Below, one piece after another: positions 33,241-45,267 of a DNA stretch of 64,000 bases (position 1 is its first letter; every line of letters starts with the position of its first letter). The stretch is taken from contig NC_068981.1 in assembly GCF_001194135.2 (NCBI RefSeq), positions 17,919,874 through 17,983,873 on the forward strand, in the 5' to 3' direction. A program made the translations under genes and the position numbers. The DNA comes from Octopus bimaculoides (taxonomy: Eukaryota). The notes below the pieces were generated by a model. That model saw only the letters and a list, made by a program, of their open reading frames with translations, ran no database searches and was not told the origin of the DNA.

Positions 33241-34042
33241 CGTGTCTGACGAGGGTCATCATACGTTCAGGTGGATTTTTTTTGTGAATATTTTTGTTTT
33301 ATTGTGTAAGATATATGTATAGTGAAGTTCACAGCTTTGAGTTCTTTATAATTTGTTGTGATTTATTGTAGAAAGATCCTGTGTGGGTGTGTGTGACTAG
33401 AATAAAGAGCTAGCTGTCGTTCACCAACGAGTATGATAACATGGCTTGATAATATATACTTTCGTCTATTGTTTCAAGTGTCTATGTAGTCGTGAGCTGC
33501 CTTAGACATCTTGACACTCCTGTCCTTTGACTCGACGGCACATCCAGGATGTGACAGTTGGAGGAAGAGAGCACCATTACTCGACTGGTATTCATCAGCA
33601 GCAACAAGGAATGAAATACTTTGCTTAAAGACACAACATAACGCTTAGTCCAGGACGACATTACGATCGCGAGCCGAGCAACCCTAAACACTAAGCGCCG
33701 CACCTGTACCTGCGATTAGGACAGTAATTAGCCTGATGTATCAGATGGGTTAGGGAAAAAGGGAGATCATTCTATAGCATAGTAGAGTTATGGTTCTTGA
33801 AATAAGTGGTGAACCGAAACGAAATATCTGCAAGATTATCTGGTTTATATAAGATTTGCACTTTTAGACTTCTAAAAAGCTTTGGTTCCGTTAGACTCTG
33901 CTGTTACGTATTATACTTATTTCCTCTATCTGTATACTATACTATATTGTTAATTTCTTCACTGAGACCGGTTCTCATTTGTTTTGAAATGAAGAACATT
34001 CTAGACTTTCAAAGCATGACGTAATACTACATTTACCAACCC

Positions 34043-34045
<3 letters not shown>

Positions 34046-34116
<71 letters not shown>
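34046..34116. repeat. (TA)n microsatellite
   Basis: Pure TA run. Confidence 0.95.
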
Positions 34117-34139
<23 letters not shown>

Positions 34140-34541
34140 CATGCATATTATAACTTACTGTTATTACCTTGTCTATCTGGTTTGGTGATGTTCTGACATT
34201 GATACATATACATAACTTTTTTACACATACATAAACAACAGCATCCACATATACGTCACCGGTTCATTGCACATGGTGATATCATATTATTTCCGGAAAG
34301 GGCTTTTTATTCTTAAGAAATATTCAGTATCGTTAATAATGTACTATTTAATCCGTAACATACCCTTGGGCTGTTGATCTATTCTCAAAAAAACGTATAC
34401 GGTATGTTTGTACATGTAAACACGTAGTTATACACACGCTTACACATACATGTTTATGCATTACTATTGGTGCTGGTATGTAGCCTTAGGAAGCTGAGCC
34501 TATGTATGTAAACCTATAAACCTGAGCCTTCTCCAATTAGC

Positions 34542-35113
34542 ATGGCGCGAATTTTGATAAGTGTTCGGTCTGAAGACTTCCTAGTTGACTGTTATTTATT
34601 CCGCCATGGTCACAACCCAACCCAACTCGATGTGTCCCAGTTGGAATACAACAAACAGACAAACTGTCTACATTTAGTTCCTAACCAAACATGTCCCATT
34701 GCTCTATCAGACAGTACAGAAAAGTATGTTTTTAACTGCTCCCCACATTTATACTCGACAGCACCGACATGTTCAACCTTCACCCTTGACAATGATGATC
34801 GTATTGATGATACCAGTGATTGTTGTAGGGGAATAGTTGACCATGTCTCCAAGACTCCAGCTGTCACGGCCCCCACCGTGATGTATCCCAGTCGTCAGAC
34901 TTGCCTCTTACTTGATAGTCATCTCGTCTCTCTTCTTATGGATCGAGTTCGTTTTTCCCCCAAATTCAAGAAGCGGTTCATCAAATTCGTCCAGTCCAAT
35001 ATTGGTTTCAGCCACCGTCCTGCAAATATTATCCTTGACCAATCACACACCACAGTGCCCTATTTTATCGATATTGTTCTCCAGTATCCTAAACAATACA
35101 TTGATTATAGTTG
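34542..35113 (+). CDS. DUF4807-like gene coding exon 1 (MARILISVRSEDFLVDCYLF...QYIDYSW)
   Basis: 572-nt open frame; ATG directly after acceptor-like ccttctccaattag|C; donor TG|GTAAGT, phase 2. Confidence 0.8.
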
Positions 35114-38100
35114 GTAAGTATTTGTGAATGCTAACAGCATTTGTTTCTACTCCTCGGATGGGCCCGTAACAAAACCCCAGCCTACTTTAGGCTCGAATTA
35201 TTAAACTAATTTCGACTATAAACATACTTTTTAAGGTTCGCTTTTGTTTCACCTTTGTTTACCCTTGTTGTTTTCCTTAATGTTTATCTACTCCCCCTTC
35301 TCTCTTTTCGTATTTATTTATTGTGTTAATTGTCTTTCTCTTTTTACATATCCGTGTACCCACTCTCTCTCTCTCTCTACTTACCTGTCAGTTCTCTCTT
35401 TCTTGTCTGTCTCCTTTATCTGTCTTTCTATCTATTCTTTGCTATATTATTGAACATTCATTTCTACAGTCCATGTTAATGTCTCTCTCTGTCTCTGTCC
35501 TAATGTACTTTATTAGTGATTTGTAACTGTTAACCTAACTTGGTGTCACTACTATCTGTGCTTGTGCATGTCTGTGTGCTGTGTATGCACCTTCAAAAGG
35601 TTAGTGAGTTGGGATGCCAAGACAATGCATCAAAAACCCTTCATCTATTCACAACACATCCATCTATATTTGACGAACACACAGGCACCAAACACCTATT
35701 ATTTTTTTTGCCACTCTCAAACCCAGCCTCTGCAAAAACTATCAACATCTCTGCACCTATTGGGACATCAGACAGACAGTGGTATAATCATCACTGCTCA
35801 TGACATGTCTATCAATCACATAACAGCTCTCAGATTGTAAAGCATTTCACATTAGCTTATTAGTCAGGAGCACCTCTAGTTTTCCATTATCCCAAATGTA
35901 CTCCAGATTCATTTGAGACGGTTAATCAGTTAAGCATTGAAATTTTCCTTTGCTTCACATTTCTTGAACAATCAAAGCCTAATCCTAACTCACAAGTGGT
36001 CCACATACATTGGCATAAAGCAGTGTTGGAGAAGAACATGGTTTACAACACCTGGCAAAATTCATTCATTTCCAGCAACTGGATGGCTTTCATCCACTAC
36101 CACAACTCCCATGAGATGACTATCCAATAGTAAAAAACACCTTCATACAAGGTTCAGACAGTAAGCTCCCCTGCATCCCCAATTGCAGTCAGGCCTCTTG
36201 GTCTTTTACCAAAAGAATCTCTACAACTTTGTAAGAATCCCTTTGCCTGTTGTTCCTGAACCATGTAATTTGTACTCCTGTAAAGAAAGTTTCCTGTTAG
36301 ACTACTTGATTTGAACTTACACCCTGACACGGTTTCGATTCCCAGACCGGGCGTTGTGAGTGTTTATTGAGTGAAAACACCTAAAGCTTCATGAGGCTCC
36401 GGCAGGGAATGGTGGCGAACCCTGCTGTACTCTTTTACCACAACTTTCTCTCACTCTTACTTCCTGTTTCTGTTGTGCCTGTAATTCAAAGGGCCAGCCT
36501 TGTCACACTGTGTCACGCTGAATATCCCCGAGAAATACGTTAAGGGTACACGTGTCTGTGGAGTGCTCAGCCACTTGCACGTTAATTTCACGAGCTCTTC
36601 CGTTGATCGCATCAACTGGAACCCTCGACGTCGTAGGCGACGGAGTGCCAACAACAACGATCATCCAGCTATACGGGTATCAATATCATTGAATAGAAAT
36701 GAACTCGATCTGAAAAGGAAGTAAGTGGGATAGTTTTTGCTCCTGAACACTTTCACAACTATGTGTTTGATATATTGTTCTAAGTAAAGACACATCATAA
36801 ATCCTTGATAAACATTCAGAGCAAATTCCTTTGCAAGGTTCCTCTGAGTTTGAAGAAAAGGATTTATAGAAATAATACTTGGTTACCCTGTCAGTGCAGG
36901 TGCCACTTAAAAGCACCCAGTCCACACTGTAAAGTGGTTGGTGTTTGGAAGGGCATCCAGCTGTAAAAACCTTGCCAAAACTTACCTCGCCTGTGCTTGT
37001 GCCACATAAAAAGCACCAAGTCCACTCTGCTGAGTGGTTGGTGTTAGGAAGGGCACCCAGCTGTAAAAATCCTGCCAAAAGTCACAGAAGTCTGGTGCAG
37101 GCTTCAGCCTGGTCGGCTTTTGTGGTACCGTCCCACCCATGCTAGCATGGAACACAGACGTTAAATGATGATGATGAGGTACTAGGAATATCGTGGTATT
37201 CTCAATCACTTAGAATATGATAGATTCCAACCACTAAGAGAATGGTAGTTCCCAGGCTCTAGGACAGTGGTAGTTTCTAGCTACTATGAATATAGTGGTT
37301 AGTTTCCAGCCACTGGTAGTGTGACAGCTAATTTATGGCAACTAAGAATATGGCCCTTAATTCCAAGCCAAGCAATTGTACTTTTAAGCTGAAGTACCTC
37401 TAAGAATGTGTTTAGTCACAACAGGAGCATAAATCACATCATCATCATCATCATTATCATCGTTTAACGTCCGCCTTCCATGCTAGCATGGGTTGGACGA
37501 CTTGACTGAGGACTGGCGAACCAGATGGCTGCACCAGGCTCCAATCTGATCTGGCAGAGTTTCTACAGCTGGATGCACTTCCTAACGTCAACTACTCCGA
37601 GGGTGTAGTGGATGCTTTTACGTACCACCGGCACGAGGGCCAGTCAGGCAGTACTGGCAACAGCCAGAATATTACTAGTATATTGTTTAGTTTTCTGATT
37701 TCAGTCAAAGGACTTCTGGCATATTGGAACCCTGTCTGCAAAAGTTTCAGTCAATAATATCGACCACTCCCCCATTACTGGGTCTTGCACTATTTTATCC
37801 ATATCTTTCAAATAATGGCTCACCATATTGAGTTACGTCCCTTCATTGAATTATGTTTCTTTAGAGACATGTATGTCACAAAATGTTCATAGACATGTAA
37901 TGTATTGCATTACCTTACATTGCTAATACTGTATTTCCATACATACATGCATATACACTTACATTCATTTTTGTTTCTACAGCACACATTGAGAAACATT
38001 GCAGTGTGTGTGTGTGTGTATATATATATATACCTCTGGTATTTGAGTACTCTTTTTTCCACCTTGTTGCACATTTCATGTGCTTACTCCGGTATATATA

Positions 38101-41100
38101 CATATATANNNNNNNNNNNNNNNNNNNNNNNNNNNNNNNNNNNNNNNNNNNNNNNNNNNNNNNNNNNNNNNNNNNNNNNNNNNNNNNNNNNNNNNNNNNN
38201 NNNNNNNNNNNNNNNNNNNNNNNNNNNNNNNNNNNNNNNNNNNNNNNNNNNNNNNNNNNNNNNNNNNNNNNNNNNNNNNNNNNNNNNNNNNNNNNNNNNN
38301 NNNNNNNNNNNNNNNNNNNNNNNNNNNNNNNNNNATATATATATATATATATATAAAAATACAGTGTACATTTAAACACATAAGAGGTATCCATCATAGG
38401 ATTCCTTCATGCTAGAAAGAACAGCTAAGTTCTAAACCACTATTAGGGATAAAATTTCGAAGGGAATGAAAAATAAAAACATTTACCATCTTTTCTTTTT
38501 CTTTTTCCCATCAGATGCTCATACTTATTGCAGTGGTCCTTCAGTTTTTCTCACTCCTTCAAAAGAACTTGGAAGGTTAGGCCTCCAACCGAACCTTTCA
38601 CGATACCCTTAAAGCCAGTAACTTCTCGGCACCCCCTTGTATATATGTATGAATAGAGAGATAGAACAATCTTGTATACTGTTTCTCATCTACCAGACTT
38701 CACTTCCGAGCCTTTGGTCAAACTTAGTCTATAGTAGAAGACATTCAAAGCACTGCATTGTGGGATTGGATCTGGATCCATGGCACATATAAATAATAAA
38801 CACCAAGTTGAAAAGTGCTATGTTCATGGTGGAAAAAAATCAAGGAAGATGGAAGAACTGGTGTGATTTGAAAAAGTGGATGTTAAAATGATGATAATGA
38901 TGTGTACCATGATGATTTGTAATTTTTTTTACTTCTTACTCTTTTAGGTATTGTAAGATGCAGCATTTGGTTGAGATGAAGCTAAGAATGGATGAAGCAA
39001 TGGCCATATTGTCTACTCTTGGGGGTGGATATTCTGCCTTAGGGGAGTATTATGAAAATCATGTATGTATTTGATTTTAACTTAGATTTCAAATATGTTA
39101 ATGATATTTAAATTTATAATGTGAATTATTTAATTTGATATACATTTTCATGCACAAAATTGAAATGTACTTTGGCACAAGAACCTATTTTAAATAACAA
39201 TTTTATTTTAGAGAATATTTAAAATGCAGGTATTTTAAAGAATACAGTAGTGTAGTTTTACTCTTTTACTTGTTTCAGTCATTTGACTGTGGCCATGCTG
39301 GAGCACCGCCTTTAGTTGAGCAAATCGACCCCAGAACTTATTCTTTGTAAGCCTGGTACTTATTCTATTAGTCTCTTTTGCCGAACCGCTAAGTTACGGG
39401 GATGTAAACACACCAGCATCGGTTGTCAAGCAATGTTGGGGGGACAAACACAGACGCACAAACATATACACACACACACATACATATATACGACGGGCTT
39501 CTTTCAGTTTCCATCTACCAAATCCACTCACAAGGNNNNNNNNNNNNNNNNNNNNNNNNNNNNNNNNNNNNNNNNNNNNNNNNNNNNNNNNNNNNNNNNN
39601 NNNNNNNNNNNNNNNNNNNNNNNNNNNNNNNNNATTTTGTAGACTGGTTCATGGCATCATTTAACCCTTTAGCATTCAAATTATTCTGTTAAATGTAATG
39701 CTTATCTATTCTGCAACTGGAACCTGTGCTGGTGGTACATAAAAAGCACCCATTATACTCTTGGAGTGGTTGGTGTTAAGAAGGACATCTAGCCATAGAA
39801 ACCATGCTAAATTAGATTGGAACCTGGTCTAGCCCTCCAGCTTACCAGTTACAGTCAAATCATCTAACCCATGTCAGCATAGAAAGCAGATGCTAAATGA
39901 TGATGAATTTGTTTTGATCTAATGATGCATTATCTTGTCGCTTCAAGATTTCAATGATGTGATTGTATATTTTTGAATGGCATTGTATGGTAGGTGCAAA
40001 AGGCTAGATTTAGCTGGTTTGAACACAAAACAGGTAGAATATATTTAGGCTTGATGTAGCCAGTTTAAGTGCTAAAGGGTTAAATTTCTCTAATTCTAAT
40101 GTTTCAAAATCAAATTATATTTTCTACTTTTCAAAAACTTCTTAGTATTATTATATTATTGTTTAGAGTCTTATTCTTGTAATTTCACTTCATTGTTATT
40201 TCTTCTTCGGAAATAATTATTTAATGATCTTATTTCTAATTAAGTGTAACTCTGATTTTGTCTTCTCAACAGTCTTTGGAAGCTTTCAACATTGCTGTAA
40301 AACAACTGCAGATTGCATTGAAATCTACTGATCCACTGAGTGTTTCCCGCTGCTATCTCTACATTGCACTCAGTCTTATGCAACGAGGCTATCTTCATTG
40401 TTCACGTGCCATAATCAGGTAACATCAGACACTTATCAGAGTTTTCTGTTGTTCACTTGTTGGACGATTTGACTGGGCTGGCACACTGGAAGGCTGTGCC
40501 AGGCTCCAGTCTGATTTGGCAGGGTTTTCTGTAGATGGATGCCCTTCCTAACGCCAACCACTCTGAGAGTGTAATGGGTCCTTTTATGTGCCACTGGTAC
40601 AGGTGCCATTTGTGTGACTGGGGTGTGTTTATGTGCTACTGGTATGGGTGCCAATTTGTGTGACTCCGGTATCTCCCAAGACTGTGATTTTGCTTGGCTT
40701 GATGGGTCTTCTTCTCAAGCATGGCATGATGCCAAAGGTCTTGGTCATTGCCTCCAGAACAACAATATAATGAAGTATGATGTATCAAATGTGGGATGCT
40801 CAGTAACTGAACGATTTTTAGCCCTTTAAGGGTTTGGACTGGGTCACCTTCACCTCAGAACTTATACCTAAGTCGCTCCATCAAAGATTGGTTCTCATCT
40901 GCCTCTTGTTTATCACAGTCTTCCAGGCTATAACAAAGGAATTTAAGACTGGTTCTCCATAGGAGCTCCTGTATGCTGATGACTTTGTTCTTACAGCTGA
41001 ATCTCTACTAGAATTAGAGAAGAAATTTTAGGTGTGGAAACAAGGTGTAGAATCAAAGGGCCTAAGAGTTAATTTAGCAAAGACCAAAGTCCAAGTGAGT

Positions 41101-43466
41101 AGGAAAGCAGACAAATCACCAATCCCTTCAGGAAGACCACCTCTGCTTGACATGTAGAAAAGGTGTAGGTTGGAACTCCATACTGTGTTCCCAGTGCAAG
41201 TTTTGGACACATAAGAGAAGCAGTGGTATCCCAGGAAGGTTACCACAGAAAGCTTCTATGTGGAAGATGTAATGGTATAATAAACACTAAGAATCTACAG
41301 AAAATAGACATTCTCAAATGTCTGGGCAGGGGATCCTTAGAAGTAGTAGATAGCTTCTGTTACCCAGGCAATGAAGTTAGCTGTGGAGAATGCTCTGGAA
41401 GTGTAGTTGCTAGAATAAAAATGGGCTGGGAAAAGTTTAGAGAGCTACTACATTTGTTGGTAATGAAGGACCTCTCCCTCAGAGTGAAAGGTAGATTGCA
41501 TGATACCTGTGTATAGACAGCTGTGCTATATCGCAGTGAAGCATGGATTGTACTTGCAGAGAGGACATGCAAAGGCTTGAAAGAACTAAAGCCAGCATGC
41601 TCTGTTGGGTAATGTCCAGTGTGCACATATGGCAAACTGTAAATGATGTAAGAGAAAAAATGGCTATATGAGGTATCAGATATTGTGTGCAAGAGAGAAG
41701 ACTGCACTGGTATGGTCATGTGATGAGTACAAGGACAGCTGCATAAAGCTGATCAACCGTGGAAAAGGTAGACCCAGAAAGATGGGTGATAAAACTGATG
41801 AGAAATGATCATCAGATGTTGAGTCTCACAGAGGAGATGACAAGGGACCAAGACTTCTGGTGATTTGCTGTGCATGAAAAGCCACATCAAGCTACATCCA
41901 CAAGAAGTCACATCCATGCATCCAGGCATGTCCTTTATAGCCATGCCTCACCACCTGACATACATACATAATCTGTCCTATGTCAAAACTCCTTCCACAA
42001 CACATCTTCCTAACCCATGATCACCACCTGTTGCAGACCTCTTCACTACTTGCACACTCTCCATTCCCCTTACATATCTACCACACTCACCTCCCAGCCA
42101 CTCCAATTTCCCTTATTACCATTTGCTACTCTCACTTCTTCCCCCATCTCTCAGACTCTTCCCTCACACTCTTATGGAATATCTCCCTCTGTTCTCTCTG
42201 TACCACTTATACTCCCCTTACTGTTCCTCCACATCTCTCTTTCTCTCTCTCTTTCATTCTTTTCTACTCTAGGCACAAGGCCCAAAATTTTGGGGAGGTG
42301 GGAGCCAGTCGATTAGATCGACCTCAGTACACAACTGGTACTTATTTAATCGACCCCGAAAGGATGAAAGGCAAAGTCGAGCTCGACGGAATTTGAACTC
42401 AACGTAACAGCAGACGAAATACTGCTAAGCATTTTGCCTAGCGTGCTATTGTTTCTACCAGCTCGCCGCCTTCTCTTTCATTGTCTCTCTTTATCTTTCT
42501 CCCTGATTCTGTCTCTTCTTCCTCTCCTTTCCTTTCCTGCTGGAGTAGCTGAGTATCTCCTCTATAGTAAGACACCTATCTCTATCCCTCTATCATATTT
42601 TAACCTTTCAAATGGCACAAAACCATCTTCCTTACTTCCAATCCCTCACCCAGCTGAGAGGTCTTCATTTTTGGCTTGTTACTTGGTGACTCCAGTGTTA
42701 TTGGTGCCTCATAAAAAGACCAGTGCTGGTGCCACATAAAATGCACCCAGCATACTCTGTAAAGTGGTTGGTATTAGAAAGGGTATCTAGCTGTAGAAAC
42801 CATGCCAAAGCAGACAATGGAACCTGATGTAGGTCTCTGGCTTGTCAGCTCCTGTTAAACTGTCCAACCTATGCCAACATGGAAGAAGGATGATGGTATA
42901 TAGATATATATATGTATGTGTATGTACTGAGTGTATATTTTATATGCCTATGGTGTGTTCTGTGTAAATTATACTGCATGTGTATCACTGTCTACTCATT
43001 ATTGTGTTCTGACTGTATATTATACTGCATGTGTATCACTGTCTACTCATTATTGTGTTCTGACTGTATATTATACTGCATGTGTATCACTGTCTACTCA
43101 TTATTGTGTTCTGACTGTATATTATACTGCGTATATATCATATATGATATGATATATAATATGATATTAATTATGTCTTACATGAAATATTGTCAACAAT
43201 ATTTTAATCTTTGCTTTATTTTAATCTTTCCATTTTTCAGAAAGCAGTTTTTATTTGCCAAAAGCCATGTGATCCAAGACGGACGTTTAATAGCAATGTG
43301 CCATGGACTTTGGGCTAAACTGGGTTTCTTGTACCATCTGAGGAATCTGAAGAAGAAAGGTTTACAATACAGCACAGACGCAGAAATGGACAATGTCCTA
43401 TATTCTCCCTCCACTTACCCTAACCAAAATTGTTGCAATCTTCAGTTGGCACCCTGTAGTTCTTGA
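34542..43466 (+). CDS. DUF4807 / F58A4.6-like uncharacterised protein, 4 coding exons, 1059 nt, 352 aa
   Basis: Exons 34542-35113, 38948-39062, 40273-40418 and 43241-43466 splice in frame (phases 2, 0, 2). The junction reads IDYSW|YCKMQHLV, followed by MAILSTLGGGYSALGE (the STLGG motif recalled for DUF4807) and helical AVKQLQIAL...SLMQRG. Confidence 0.85.
36329..36660 (+). mobile_element. SINE family D with (AAC)n tail
   Basis: ggtttcgattccc B-box; the 3' part matches the reverse copy at 23040-23500. Confidence 0.7.
37438..37665 (-). mobile_element. RTE 3' tail fragment
   Basis: Same tail consensus. Confidence 0.85.
38948..39062 (+). CDS. DUF4807-like gene exon 2 (STLGG motif)
   Basis: cttttag/GTATGT; 115 nt, phase 2 to 0. 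Confidence 0.9.
39261..39535 (-). mobile_element. SINE family A (cut by gap)
   Basis: Consensus match. Confidence 0.85.
39665..40079. mobile_element. piggyBac-like MITE (same family) with nested RTE tail at ~39715-39905
   Basis: TTAA|CCCTTTAGCA ... TGCTAAAGGG|TTAA. Confidence 0.8.
40273..40418 (+). CDS. DUF4807-like gene exon 3 (SLEAFNIAVKQLQIALKSTDPLSVSRCYLYIALSLMQRG...)
   Basis: ttctcaacag/GTAACA; 146 nt, phase 0 to 2. Confidence 0.9.
40870..41900 (+). mobile_element. 5'-truncated decayed RTE LINE (RT C-half)
   Basis: YADD at 40972-40983; ARIKMGWEKFRELL, LRVKGRL, LHWYGHV-type motifs with frameshifts. Confidence 0.9.
42259..42472 (-). mobile_element. SINE family B
   Basis: Low-divergence copy. 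Confidence 0.8.
42969..43130 (+). repeat. 51-bp minisatellite, 3 identical copies + 9 bp
   Basis: Unit ttatactgcatgtgtatcactgtctactcattattgtgttctgactgtata. Confidence 0.95.
43241..43466 (+). CDS. DUF4807-like gene terminal exon (KQFLFAKSHVIQDGRLIAMCHGLWAKL...PCSS*)
   Basis: catttttcag acceptor; 226 nt to TGA. Confidence 0.88.
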
Positions 43467-44967
43467 TGATTCTTTCACTTTAGCTGTTGCACTGAAAGAA
43501 CTGATTCACAGAGTAAATTCTAGAATTTCATTTAATTGGAAAGATTTCTTGTCAGAATTCTTTGTGAAAATTCTAGTATATGAAAATATTTTAGAGCCCA
43601 ATTATTTTTGCCAACTTCAAGTATAATGCAAAATTGTGTTCATGAGTTTTCATTGGAGTATTTTGATTCTTGAGGTGTTTGGAAAATAATGGAACCCCTC
43701 AGAGTTTTGTCTCCTTTATAATTTTTATATAATTCATATTTGCAGCATTATCTCCTATTTTAATTCTGCATGATTTATTTTGACTACCAGTGTTTTATCC
43801 CTGGTTGAAATCTCCCCTGATATATTACACACTGATTACAGCTTGAATAATAAGATTTGTGTTTCATCCATGTAACATTCCAATGGTTTATTATAATATT
43901 ATACAATAACAGACCTTTGCTCTTGTTTCTGACAGTCATCAACAACATTCCACTTTTTAGATGTTCAAAATGACAATATAAAGTGATAAGGTGTCTTGAA
44001 GAAGTTTACATCCCATTGCAAGTAGTGTGCGGTTTCCTTGCACACAGAACTGAGCTTATCACTGGAACTGAACTGAACATATCATGTATTTAACTAACTG
44101 AAGTGAGATTTCAAGAAGTTTCAGTAATGAAGCAAGGAGTACAACTAGCTCTACTTTATGGTTAATGTCTGTGAAGCCAACTCACACAAAAATAAAAACA
44201 TTATTGTATTGATACAAACAATGAACTGAGTGGACAGCCATGACGAAGTGTTAGCTGTTCTAATGTCATCTTCTTCTTGAGGGCGATTGATAGCAGAATC
44301 TGTAGAGCTGCAGGTAAAATACCTGTGGTATTTATTTACATCCCGTTCTCTGTTCAAATCCTGCTGGAATTGACTTTCTTTGCCATTCATCCTTCTCAGG
44401 GTCGATTTGAAATAGATTTGGCTGCTATTTCAAGCAGGTCTGAACAGTTTAAAAGATTATGATCCATGTAGGAATCAAATAAAAACCAGAGGAAACTCTG
44501 CTGGAAGTTTCAAGCATGTGTGATGTGCATATCATATTTGAAAAGTTGTGTCTATCCTCTTATTGCCAAACTTGCTAACATTTGACTTTTGATTTTATTT
44601 TAATAACATCAGGAAAAAAAATGTTGAGGAATTCATCGAGCTTCAATTCATTTTCGCAGTTGTCAATGTGATTTCTTAAGGTACATTCAAGAGGATACCT
44701 TGAGGTATACCTACGAAAGTGTCAAGTAAAAATTCTGGTTAATCATGGAGTTATTTCCCTTGCTATATACTTTCATGTTAGTGTCCGCGCGCGTGTGTGT
44801 GAAAGCGAGGGAGAAAGAAAGAGAGTGGGAGAGAAAGACTACGCATATGTAAGATAGTGTATGAGTGAAAATATGTGACAAAGTATATGTGCCTGTTTTT
44901 GCTTTTTATCCATCCTATTAGAAATGCAGTTGTTTTTTAAGTGTTTATATATATATATATATATATA

Positions 44968-45267
44968 TATAATCATAAATATATAGGGATTGACAGTAAC
45001 CTGCTTCTCCAACATACTGAGAATTCAGAAATAGCAGTCAAAGAACTACTGATTTCAAAACTACAAATTACTCTAGATTGATAGCGATTTTGATACACAC
45101 AGAACAAAAAACAATTGTTTTTTGTTCTGTGTGTATCAAAAATATCGCTATCAATCTAGAGTAATAATTTGTAGTTTTGAAATCAGTAGTTCTTTGACTG
45201 CTATTTCTGAATTCTCAGTATGTTGGAGAAGCAGGTTACTGTCAATCCCTATATATTTATGATTATA
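44968..45267. repeat. 300-bp zero-spacer palindrome
   Basis: Arms of 147 and 153 bp centred on ACAA|TTGT (45114/45115), identical except for two 3-nt indels. Confidence 0.95.

Noticed and set aside
37755-37757. In-frame TAA within an otherwise open frame, suggesting A-to-I stop-to-Trp recoding
   Set aside because: The main ORF is fully explained by splicing 35113>38948 (DYSW|YCK), so no readthrough is needed and it would require double editing.
43452-43466. C-terminal ...APCSS* as a prenylation signal
   Set aside because: Cys is at -3, not the -4 position required for CaaX.
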